Source of the DNA: Phallusia mammillata
Lineage: Eukaryota
DNA length: 64,000 bases
Direction of reading: 5' to 3'
Assembly: GCA_965637545.1 (NCBI GenBank)
Contig: OZ281496.1
Coordinates: 21,886,001 to 21,950,000, forward strand
Below the pieces are notes generated by a model. It ran no database searches, was not told where the DNA came from, and saw only the letters and a program-made list of their open reading frames with translations. Every line of letters starts with the position of its first letter. Position 1 is the first letter of the stretch. This document shows positions 1-11,640 of the stretch, in pieces. The translations under genes and the position numbers were made by a program.

Positions 1-852
1 GCAATTCTTGAAGGCTAAATATACAACTTTATTTCTTAGAATATTTAGCCTTTAGTTCTTTCTTTAAGTTTGCTGACTACCCCAGTTTGTCTAGGTTTAT
101 ATCGGCGAAGCAAAGTATGCTTAATATAAATATCTGGTAATCGTGGCCCAAAACAGTTGTGAAGCTTAAATGGGATTATCTGCTGTGGGCAAAGATTGTT
201 TTTCGCAAACGCTAAAGAAATACCCTTAATTGGTATATTTTTTTCGCTTCGCTCACCGCTCGTTTTTGAAAGAAATATACTGTCATTGATGATCAAATCA
301 CATTTTTCTTATTTGTTAAACTAAGGGCAATAGTCATTTTCTAAAGTATAAGAACATGTTTATCGTTGCTTAACTAACGATAATCTAAACAGGGCCACAT
401 TGTTTTCTCTGAAAACCGGCGGGACCAATATAGGTATATTATGTCTTAAACTTGTAATTGTCAGTGTTGTAAAATAGTAACGCATAAAGTATGTAATTAT
501 CTAGTTTAAACTATGTTAATTTAGTTTAATAATATGTTTCATCAACGTTTCATTTCACTTTGTGCAAATACAACATTGATACTTACTAACGAATTTTCTT
601 TGACCCGTTTTCCACAGTTTTGAATGGTTTGTCCTAAACAAAAATAAATAAATAGATTCTTGCCTATATGTTCCACGAAGAAACAAACACGTGCTAGGCG
701 GGTCATAGTACTTTCGTACTAGATTAGTAGAAACAAAAAGCAACAGTCCATTTGGATCTTAAACATAACAATTAAAAAAAAAACAGATTTAGCTTACCAG
801 ATGTACATGAAGCGACAAATAAAATATAAGCCAGAAGCCGTATTGTTATCAT
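1..852 (-). CDS. G1: 5' portion of a serine protease homologue gene (continues beyond the left edge)
   Basis: Exons 798-852 (signal peptide MITIRLLAYILFVASCTS, GTAAG donor), 587-633 (GQTIQNCGKRVKENSL) and 1-14 (PSRIA.., start of the protease domain). Phases 1/0 match the G2 paralog. Confidence 0.8.
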
Positions 853-1397
853 TTTTGTTACACTTGGCACTTGAAGAACAAAATTACAGAATTTCTGTTG
901 CAAAACAAATACATATGTTTTTCTTTGTTTAATTTGATTTTTATCGACAGATCTCAAATCAAAAACATTAAAGACTGGCATGGTCTAATATTTTTTCTAA
1001 CCATTTCTCATAACTCTTTCAATGGTTTTTCATAATCCCTTTCATAAAACCATTTTTAAGGGCGTTTAAAGATAATATGACTTAAAAAAGGCAACCTCTT
1101 GGCGAATCTCGACATTTACAGATTTATTAAACTTGTTAAGCAGCTAACGAAATTAGATTTTACTTTAAAACGCAGACACTGCGCTTACTCTTAGAATTGT
1201 CCATCTTCAACTACTATGTTTTAATCTTTTTACAACAATCCTTATAAGCACCTTGTTTATAAATATACGGTTTACAAATAAAATTGGATTAAAACAGCCG
1301 AATAATTTTATTGCGTTCGTTTACAACTTCACTGGCGCTATTACCACACCCTATACCTACATCGTATACCAGATAGTGTAATCAGGTTATCGTAGGT

Positions 1398-1600
1398 AAA
1401 TATTGGCTTAATTAGTGAAACAATGGTCGAGGCTTATCGTTTTGTGTAGATTAGCCATTGGTGCATGACGAAGTGAAATTCCTAGTTAGTACACAAATCG
1501 TAGCCAAATGGCACAAAATATTAAACTGTTTCGAAACTCTAATTTTGTTTATCAGCCATCGCTGTGGTTAACATTTGTCTGTCTTGATAAAACATTATGC
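1398..1600 (-). promoter_or_regulatory. Conserved non-coding block upstream of G1/G2/G3-type genes (candidate promoter/enhancer)
   Basis: The motif series AATATTGGC(T/C)TAATT..TGA..; TTAG(C/T)C(A)..TG(A/G)TGC.TG/AAC..GTGA(A/C/T)A; ACACAAAT recurs at about 1398-1600, 10025-10220, 15011-15200 and 27560-27760. Confidence 0.45.
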
Positions 1601-1639
1601 TGCAAAATGTGTGGCAACAAACAGCTGTTTTTGAACATT

Positions 1640-1990
1640 TCCCATTGAATTGATTGTAGACATACTAGTCCAATGTTGTCAGTTTTCAAAAATATTGTGT
1701 TTTTAAAATTTTTGGTTTGTCATTCAAATGCGTCATTAAGCATTTAATATGGAAGCTAACACATCATCAGTGTTAAAGCAGGTTATAAAACGAAGAACCT
1801 GTATAAAACTAAAACAGTAGTTGTTTTCAAGTCACTTTTGTTTAATACAAACTACAACTGTCAGAATCCATTCGTCCGAAAGAATTGTGCCTCTGCAAAA
1901 CGTGTAAAACAAACCATTTGGACGAGTGACATAAATCATGGCTTGCCTGATTCATTCACCTCGTTTACCTCGTTGATTTTGGAAGGTTTA
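1640..1990 (-). pseudogene. Degenerate remnant of protease-homologue exons 1 and 3
   Basis: About 1845-1990 reads RGE*IRQAMIYVTRPNGLFYTFCRGTILSDEWILT, homologous to G2 exon 1, with a TGG>TGA change and a frameshift. About 1640-1690 resembles DNIGPVCLPS. Confidence 0.7.
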
Positions 1991-2610
1991 AAAGACCGTG
2001 TTCATAACTAGTTCTTTTTTCGTTTTATACTTCAGTCGTGACCAAATCATGTTTTGTTTATTTAGTGTGTAAAATGATGTCAAAAAGTTGTTTTTGGAAG
2101 CTTCTTATTTTTGTGTGCGCCTAGTGGCAATCCACAGAACAGAAAAGGTTTTCATCGAGTCTTCAGTACATACTCTTTGAATCTTTAGTGCATATTCGAA
2201 AATACTCAATAGAACTTGCATCTAATTAGTTGAACCTTTCTCTTTCCATTTTTATTCCATTTCAACGCGTTTTCTTGGTTGACAGATCATAAGTGGCTCT
2301 CAAAATAGTTGTAATTTGCAACTCAAAAGTGACATTTATTGTCTTTTATTTGCAACAGGTCAATAAATTATTCTTTTAATGTCATTAAATATTTCTGATG
2401 TGCTAGAAAACGCAAATACATTGATGTCACACAATACAAAACATAATTATTTTTACGTAAAATAGCGCCGTCAAAAATAAATCATTGTCAGTCTAAAAAT
2501 AAATGCTTCGTTTCAATCACAGTACGTCAGGCCTGCTAAGGCCTATGACTATATTCATTTTAGCTTCGTTTCAATCCTGATTATTTACAATGATATTTTT
2601 CTCTGATTTG

Positions 2611-5600
2611 TCAGTGCAAAAACACGCCCACAAGTAAAGCTGGAAGCATCACCAGGACACCGATATTGGATCGCATGTTGCTAAAAGCACCTAAAAAATA
2701 AAGATCATTTCTTTAATTCACGTGTGTGTGACATAAGCGTCTTGGGCAATAAGTCGTAACATTACTTCATAGAAACGGCAAAAAGCAAAAATGTCAATCC
2801 AATTCTTAAGAAACGATTTAAAAACAACTTTAGTTCCACTTACCACCTGGTGCTGGAAATGTCAACCCAGTAACTGTAAAACACAGAAAATAGACGTCGT
2901 GTCAAACGATATACAGATAATATGGATGAATATGGGAATGTTTCTTACTGTCGTAAATCCATGAATAAACCTCAACGATCTCTGTAAAGTAGTCCGGTCC
3001 TTGGCCGCATGTCACTTTCCCAAAACTACTGATTCCATACTGGTACCAAGTCTGGTCTCCACGTTCGCAAACCAGAGGTCCGCCCCCGTCACCCTATACA
3101 ACCAACCCAAAGGCTTGATTTTGACTTTAAACAACGGAAATCATACAATGTTGCCTGCGGTTTGCTGTGGGCGAATCGGGGTTTGTTGCGTCCAACATAT
3201 AACACTATACAAACTTGAAAAAGAGTTCTTTTCTCTTTCAAAAAAAAGTTTTTTTCTAAAGTTATGTTGCTTTTGCGTTTTGTTTTAAAAAAGGCGACAC
3301 AATTGTAATGGAACAATAAAATTGGACTGTTTTGTAAAAACAGATAAGGGGCATAAATCGTTTCTTTTAATAACAGAAATATATATAAAAAATATAAAAA
3401 ATATAAAAAATATACTCAAAGATGACATTACACTTACAGAAATATATATTTCGTCTTAATAAACAGGCATCGTTAGTTTCTTATTCATATAGATTTATAT
3501 TTATGTATTTAAGAAACGATTTATGCTTATTATCTGTTTTTATAAAACAGTCCAATATAAAACTGATCAGAAGCAAGAATCTTTCTTTTATACATTGTAT
3601 TGTCTGCAGGAGGCGTTACATAGCAAAACTGTTTCAGCTAATGGAACAATATCGAAATAGCGGATAAAGGTTATCAGCAAATATTTGCGTCCCTATTCAA
3701 TTCGGTGTTCAAGGTTGCTAAGGCTAAAGTTGCATTATTGTGTGTAAATTGAGTTGCTAAAGGTAATCCTCTTACATCACATGTTGACTTTCCTGAAGCA
3801 GTGGCACACATTACAGATTGAGGCATCGTGCTTCCCATATGGTTGCTACAGTAACTGTCTCTTTGAACTTCTAGTTGTGCTTGTCGCAGACTGGTGGATA
3901 AATCATTGCTCGCTGCAACACAACTGAGCAATGTAGTTGTAGACCGCAGGATGTTTGCGAATACGAAATGATGACGTTTGTATGGGACTAAGCTCTTAAA
4001 TACACATCAAACTAGGAAGGAATTTGTTATTTTGATACGCATGCAAGAAATATAATCAAACATCCACCCATATTCTTCCTAGTAGCTTCTGGTTAAAAGA
4101 TGTCAAGTTTAAATGTGATAGTCGGTAATTGACAAATGACCTGCACTTACTGCTAGATATGTGGCCCCATCCAGTGGCGTAGCATTTCGTTCCGGGTTTA
4201 ACATTATGACTTTGACTTGATGGTAGACATACTGGTGCAATGTTGTCAGTAAACGTGATGCTATTTGTCAAGTATAGGAGACCAATATCATAGCCATCCT
4301 GACCATTACCACTGAAAAAGTGAGTATGTTTATAAGCACTTTCTTGTAAACACATTTTTTTGACATATTCTCACGTTGCTGCATGGTGCTTGTATTGATG
4401 TAATACTGTAATTGTTTGTTGTCCAGGTTCTATTGTGTTTTCTCCACTAATCTTTCCCACTGCTACCTCAATACTGCGAAATATTTTAAACAAATTTTTA
4501 GAAATTCGTTGTTGCTCCGAGATGCAACAAACTATTTATTGTAAATTTATTTTCTTACGTGTCACTTGTTTCGAAACAAGTTGCAGCGGTTAGTATCCAT
4601 CTGTCAGATAGAATTGTTCCACCACAGAACGTGTAAATTACGCCAAATGGACGTGTGGCTCGAACCATGGCTTGCCAAGGCCATTCTCCTCTCTGTGACG
4701 CTGTTCCACCAGCAATTCTTGAAGGCTAAATATATATATTAAGTATATGTATCGTTTTCTTGAAAGAACACTTAGAATTTTGTTCTTGCTTCAATACTAG
4801 ATTGACTAAATACCCTAATTTAACCAGGTTTATAAAGGCGAAGCAAAAGTGGCCTAATACAAAAATTTGTTAACCCAGTTGTTGAGCTAAGGGGCAGTAT
4901 TCAACCGAGAGTGTGAATTGTATGCTGTAATCAGATGACAAAATCTACAATAGGGAAAAGGAGGCATTATTTTACAACTTGATCTTGAAGCCAATTTGTG
5001 AATACATGAGAAATAAAAAACGCTTTAGTGCGGCCTCTCAAACAATGTTACTTACCAATGAATTTTCGTTGGTCCGCTTTCCACAAACAATTTCTCCTAA
5101 ACAATTTTTTGTTAGGGATATTGTTTTTCTTTTTTCAAAATATTGCATGTTTTTATTGAAATTGCCAAAATGCTACTTACTACATGCCGTAAACTGACTG
5201 GACCATCCATACTCCCGGCATGTAATTGTTGATGTTCCACTCAATTGAAAGCCAGGATCACAAGTATACGACACCTGTTCGTTCAATTGATATTTGTCTT
5301 TATCCGGGTTGATTTTTCCGTTTGGGGGAACAATGGGTCTGGAGCACACCGGATCTATTAAAACAACTCGAAATAATGTCGCTTCTTTATAGTCAGGTCT
5401 AAAAGTTTTGCAGAACGACATAGTATGTTTATTTGCAACTTTTACACCGTTTTAAATGACTTTTACAGTTTTCCTATTCGATATTACCTTTGCAACGCTG
5501 ACAGCGCCTAATCACATTGAGTAGACTCCGAAAATGTGGTTTGGACTGAAATTTGTTTAAAATTTGAACGATTTGTGTAACTTTTAACACCAACACCACT

Positions 5601-8600
5601 GATAGTTAATAGGATACAACAACGTGGTTCTACAAAAACGCGAAAATGTCTGTTGGTAATGCATCTACTCTCTTTAAACAGGGGTGCCCGCGGGCAAAAC
5701 GTTTTTTTAGAATCAGAACACAAATATACGGGATTTAAGGACATTGTGAGATTTTGTTGCGTCAGCACCATGTACACTTCCTTTTTTACCGGTGAATAAG
5801 GTTCCATGGAAAGCTTTTGCGTTAAGTGGTAGGTCGCCAAAACCCCAAAACGTAATCCAAACTATGGCGTTACATACGCAACACAATTTGTAAAAACAGC
5901 CGCGGGCCACGTGAAATGCCGCCGGGGCCGCATTTGGCCCGCGGGCCGCACTTTGGACACCCCTGCTTTAAAGTCATTAATTGGTACTGTAAACATGGGC
6001 GTCCGCAGGAAAAAATACAGGGGAGGGCAATACTATCGTCACATCGCCGTTCGATAAACGGTATTTCAGAACAAAAATCATCTGACAGTGATACTCATTC
6101 TTGCCAATCCCAATGTAGCAAAGTAGTGCAATAAACAGAATATTAACCATCACTGACGTATGTGGTAGATTGGCAAATACTTTTAACAGAAGTAGGACTT
6201 ACATACACAAACCTTATCAGATGTAGGCTAACAACAGACAAAGTGAAGCCTTCACTTCACTGTGAAGGTATCACATAATGACTGTTTTACACATCTATCA
6301 ATGACGTAATAATATGCTTGTTAGCGAGCTATTGTTAAGTAATAATGTTCGATTCATTTAATCTGTTGTAAAACCTCATCCTGTTCTGTTACAGTTACAG
6401 CTTGTATTCGGTGCGTTTAACAGGGTGGAGACCCACGACGTCTTCGGTTTACGTCCCAGGAAAACCGGCGGTTGCCGACCACTGCTGTAAAGGGTGCCCA
6501 AAATGCAGAAGTATGTAGTGCCTTTGTTCTGTGTACGTACTTGTTATAGCCGGGACATTTACACGGGTATTTGGTTATATCGCCGATTTAACGACTTTAT
6601 ATGAGTTGACAATGTAGTTTAAAAGTTTACAATGTATCTAGTTGACACGCAAATGTAGAAAAAAATCAGTCTTTATAAGACAGAAAATACGTGCACTTTG
6701 CTTACCTGGGTCTGGAAAAGTCAGTCCAGTGGCTGTAATAGAAGGAAAAAAAGTTACTCTTCATTGGTCCACTCTATTTGGAGGCATTATTACAATTTTT
6801 CTTACTGTCGTGAATCCATGAATAAACCTCAATGACATCTGTAAAGTAGTCTGGTCCGTAGCCGCATGTCGCCTTTCCGAAACTACTGATTCCATACTGA
6901 TACCAAGTCTGGTTTCCACGTTCACAAACCAAGGGGCCGCCGCCATCACCCTATGCAACAACGGCAGAAGTTTTTTTTTTATAATATTGCCATGTAAAAC
7001 TCTAACCCAAAACACCCGTGTTTTAAGTGTAACATATTGTTAGCTAGGTCAAGGGCGGGCAACCTACGGCCCATAAAACTTTCGAGCGACCCGTGACCGC
7101 ATTCTAACTGCTTTATTTATCTTGTCTGGGACCGCATTACAAATTCGTATTTTATTCTTCATCGGCCGAATGCCTTTTATGCGTAGTATCCTTCTTATAT
7201 ACCAAAGAGTTCTTTAACTAAACGCTGATAGTTATTACTAGGAAAGTAGAAATACGTATTGTTACGTACAAAAAACAAAACTATTGTGTGTGTGTGTGTG
7301 TGCTTTGGAACTGTGTAATAGAGTTGTGTTGAAGTTTATTGTGTTGCTCAATTGTTACTATCCTAAGTAACGCTGTCCAAGGTTAAAGTTTTAGCAAACA
7401 AGTTCTGTAGCTTATTTGATATGTGTACATATTCAAATCAAACAAATCTTTAAAGTTGAATTCGCCAATTCTTGATCGGTGATTGTATGAGGCTAGGTGC
7501 AAATGATTGACTTACTTCACATGTTGACTTTCCTGGGGCAGTCGCACATATCACACTGTCAGGCATTGTACTTTCCATTTGGCTTCTGCAGTAACTTTCG
7601 CTTTGAACTTCCATTTGTGCTTGTCGCAGGCTGGTCGATAATTCATCGCTACCTGTAAATAATGTTTTGAAATAGTGTTGTAATAAATAGAGTATTTTAA
7701 TATTGTGTTGATCAAACTGCGACGGTCGCTTTGTATCAGGTCATTGTGATTAATCTTTACCTTATATTTCAATTTTACTCATTGCTGAAACATTTTTTTG
7801 TCTTTACTAGCTGTTTCACTTGTAGATTTTTTGGCTTGTAGTTTAAAATAAGAAGGTGGTGGCAACGTTACTTTGATTTGTCAGGAATTAACTTTCAAAT
7901 CACTAAACAGAAAACAAATCACTTGCACTTACTACTTGATGTGTGGCCCCATCCAGTGGCGTAGCACTTTGTACCAGTGTCAACATTGTGGCTTTGACTT
8001 GATGGTAGACACACTGGCCCGATGTTGTCAGTAAACGTAATAGTACTCGTCAGGCGGAGAACTCCAACATCATAACCGTCCTCGATTGAGCCACTGGCAG
8101 AGATATTGTTTAAGAAGGCGAAAGGGCGCTTAAAGATTCTTTGTCTTTAAGTGCCTACTTGGTATTTTGTTAGGTTGTGTTATACTTTAAATTATACCGC
8201 AAAATTTTAATTAAAACCAAAAAAATACTTTTTACACGATTTTCATACCATTTTTTGGTGTTAGAAATGCTTTAGTTTCTAGATTCACTTTCATGAACTT
8301 CTCATTTACGCTTACGTGGCTAAATGATGTTTGTATTGCTCTGACACTGTAAAAATTTGTTGTCCAGGATCTACATTATTTTCTCCGTATATCTTTCCGA
8401 CCGTCACTCGAATGCTGTAAGGAAATTAACAAATCATTAGTGCTTATCCAAGAGTGAAATAAGTAAACCTGGTTAAAAAAGAAAAATATTTTCCTTGCCT
8501 ATCACTTGTTTGAAAACAGATAGCAGCTGTCAGTATCCATTTATCCGAAAGAATTGTTCCTCCACAGAATGTGTAGAACAAACCATTTGGACGAGTGGCA

Positions 8601-9186
8601 CGAATCATGGCTTGCCAAGGCCATTCACCTCGTTGTGATGGTGTTCCACCGGCAATCCTTGAAGGCTATATAGATAGCGCGTTCATTGTTAGTATATATT
8701 TGTTTCAGTCTCTGTTCTTTAGTGGGAGCTCTATACTGTTAGGGATGGTCAGATTACAGTTTTTTTGTAAAACACAGGGCGATAAATGAATTTCTCCCAC
8801 TTTCAAGAGGCTTGCTTTACTGAAGATAAGCTAAACAGTGCATGGCCACATTATTTACGCTATAATTAGACGAGCCAAAGTAGATAATAATTTACTTAAA
8901 TGATATGATAACTTACTAACGAATTTTCGTTAACCCGTTTTCCACAGTTTTCAATGGTTTCTCCTGAACAAAAAAATAATAAATTTGTAACCGCAATTGT
9001 TCTTCGAGTAATAAATATGCTATGTGGGATTTGTAACACCCACTTTGAAATAAATTTGTGTAAGTATTACACACAATAGTTAATTTGTAAATTAAACACA
9101 ATAATGGAAGTCAAAATCAGTTTTGCCTTACCAGATATACAGGAGGCGACGCATAAAATGAAGGTCAGAAGGCGTATTGTTGACAT
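2611..9186 (-). CDS. G2: GPI-anchored two-domain serine pseudoprotease, SP-PSP-CCP-PSP-GPI (623 aa if spliced as one gene)
   Basis: Exons: 9132-9186 (SP), 8917-8963, 8499-8665 (PSRIAGG..TAAIC, GC donor), 8316-8414, 7933-8093, 7516-7652, 6806-6950 (GDGGGP), 6706-6732 linker, 5181-5354 (CCP), 5056-5096, 4559-4725 (TAATC), 4375-4473, 4151-4311, 3776-3912, 2949-3093 (GDGGGP), 2844-2873, 2611-2690 (hydrophobic tail ..NIGVLVMLPALLVGVFLH*). Total 1872 nt, frame open. It could instead be two genes (see finding at 6105). Confidence 0.8.
5679..5965. mobile_element. hAT-type MITE
   Basis: Termini CAGGGGTG..CACCCCTG; CTTTAAA on both flanks (imperfect 8-bp TSD). Confidence 0.7.
7285..7302. repeat. (TG)n microsatellite
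   Basis: Directly visible TG run in a G2 intron. Confidence 0.8.
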
Positions 9187-10284
9187 TTTTGTATCACTGG
9201 TCACTTAAAAAACAAAATACAAACTTTTTTGCAAAAGAAATATATATATAGTTTCTTTGTTCAAAATGATATTTTATCCACAAATGTAAATAAAAAACAT
9301 TTGAGACCGATATGGTCTAATATAGGCTACTCTTCTAACCATTTTTATAACGCTTACAAAATTGTTTTTTTTACCTTTTTTAAAAAAAAACTCTTATCAA
9401 CCGTTTTTTAAGGCGCCTGTTCAAAACAGACAATTAATTGCAAGATCTAAGCGATTGTCGACCCTTGCAAGCCTTTGTTAAACTCGACTAACAGCTTGAC
9501 ACAAACCTATACTTGTCTTTGTTATCCGTGCGGCACAAAGTTAAGTTTTAAATTAAGCCGTTGGCAGTTCATGTGTATAAATATTTATTGGTTGACGAAA
9601 CACTGCTTTCACTCTGACAATGTGTACTTTAAGGTTATGTTTTTTATGTACAGCAAACATCCTGGGTTGACAAGGTATATGTGTTGCATAAATAGGCAAA
9701 AAAGACACTGTTTGCGCTTGAAAGTTGTACAGGTACAAATTGAACGAACGTTTCCATGCTCTATTTTGGAGCTTGACACGCGAGGTCATTTTTTCATGAC
9801 GTGCCAAACGTTAAGCGGGTTTATATTCAAGTTGTGAACATATTTTTTACTGTTACACCGCTTGTTTTATTTGGTTGTTATGCAATAGTTTTAAAACCAG
9901 CCTACTTTCGCAAATCTGTCTACTTTCTAATTACATTTGTGAGCAGCTGGCAAAATCCACCAATACTCACAAAAGACCCCTTTAATATATCTGCACTAGG
10001 CAGTGTACTCGAGTCATAGTGAACAAATATTGGCTTAATTGGTGAAACCGGGTTTCAAATTACCGGCTTCGAATAGTTTTGTGTGTTTTAGTCTCCGATG
10101 CATAACGAGGTGAAACTCTTGATTAGTGTACTGTACACAAATGTAGTGTACTCTCTGGTGCAGCCTATAGTGATCTTTCATACCGCTTATGGCACAAATA
10201 TCAAACTGTCCTGTAGCTGTGATTAATGTTTAAGAGCCACTGTAATGACAAAACGGGATATTAATTTTTTTTGTATTTTTTGCT

Positions 10285-10850
10285 GCTTGTCAAGTAGAGA
10301 AGACCAACATCATAGCCATCGTCAACCGAACCGCTGTCAGGAATATGATTTAAGATGCTTTTTAATCGCAAGATTGATGAACAAACATTTGTGTTCAGCT
10401 GCGTACATTGGTTTGCCACGATGACCTATGCAATGCCCCTATTGCGTAACTCAATAACATTTGAGTTAAAGAGTTTTAGGCCAAATCAAAATCAAAGATG
10501 ACATTCCATAAACCTACTATGGACTTTTATCTCCTAAGAAAGTACACTTAAGAAAATGCCAAACCTCTCACGCTCACTTGCAAAATAAAGCTTGTCTTGT
10601 CAGTGACACTGCTACGATTCGTTGTCTAGGACCATTACATTTTCAAATTTGTGTCTTGACCTTTACTGGAATAACTATAAAGTGAGAAATTACCACAGTA
10701 TTGATATGTAAACAAGAAGGATCAAGAAACTAAAACAGTGGTTATCTTGAGTACGATTTCAATCATTTTTTTCGAAAGAATTGTTTCTTCCCAGAACGTG
10801 TGAACCAAGCAGTTTGGGAGAGCAACCTGCCAACGCCGTTTAATTGTGGC
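10285..10850 (-). pseudogene. Second degenerate remnant of protease-homologue exons 1-3
   Basis: About 10290-10340 encodes SGSVDDGYDVGLLYL (exon 3). About 10770-10835 resembles exon 1 (..TILSK). It occupies the same position relative to G2 as the 1640-1990 remnant does to G1. Confidence 0.6.
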
Positions 10851-11640
10851 GATGTGGCGATTGTTTAAAGTAAAAAGCTCGTTTATTTCAAATATATTTT
10901 GTTGATGGTCTTTGTTCTTTTGTGGAAATGATATGCTGCTGTGATTGCGTTTTGTTTCGTTGGTGTTTAAAATGAAGCCGGAAAGTTTGTTTTAAAAAAA
11001 AGGTTTTATGTGCTACAAAATTGCAATACATAGAACAGTAATTATTTTGGGCCAAGCGAAACTAATGTATACACTTTTAAATGTGAAATCCGTCTAATGG
11101 TTGATTGATAAAATTGCCTCTTGTTGCCCTTTTTTCATTTTTGTCTTAATTAGCGCCGGAAAACATTGGGGTTGTTTACTTGGTTGGGCGACTTTTTCGA
11201 CTTCTGACCATACGACATATTTAATCATGCGTCATTTTGTCACTCTAAACCTGTCGTAATAATCGATCTTATAATAAAAGGTGATAAAATGTCGTGGCTC
11301 CCTTTTATTTATGAAACACGTATTGTTTTATCAACATGACATATAGTAAAATGGTTTCTGAAGGAATAATTGTAACGCCAAACGTGACAACTATTACTTT
11401 TGTATCATAACATATTAATAAATCACTCTTCTAAAGTCGTTTTATGTCTCTGATTTGCCATGCAAATGGCGCGAATAAATTGTCACACAATGCGAAACTT
11501 TTTATTTTTAACGTAAATTGCAACGTAGTCAAAAATTGATTATTGCAACATGACAAGTTGATTAAGACTTTGGACAATACAAGAAATAAAACTGCTTCAT
11601 TCTAATCTTGATTTTTAAATGTCATTTTGCATCTTAATTT

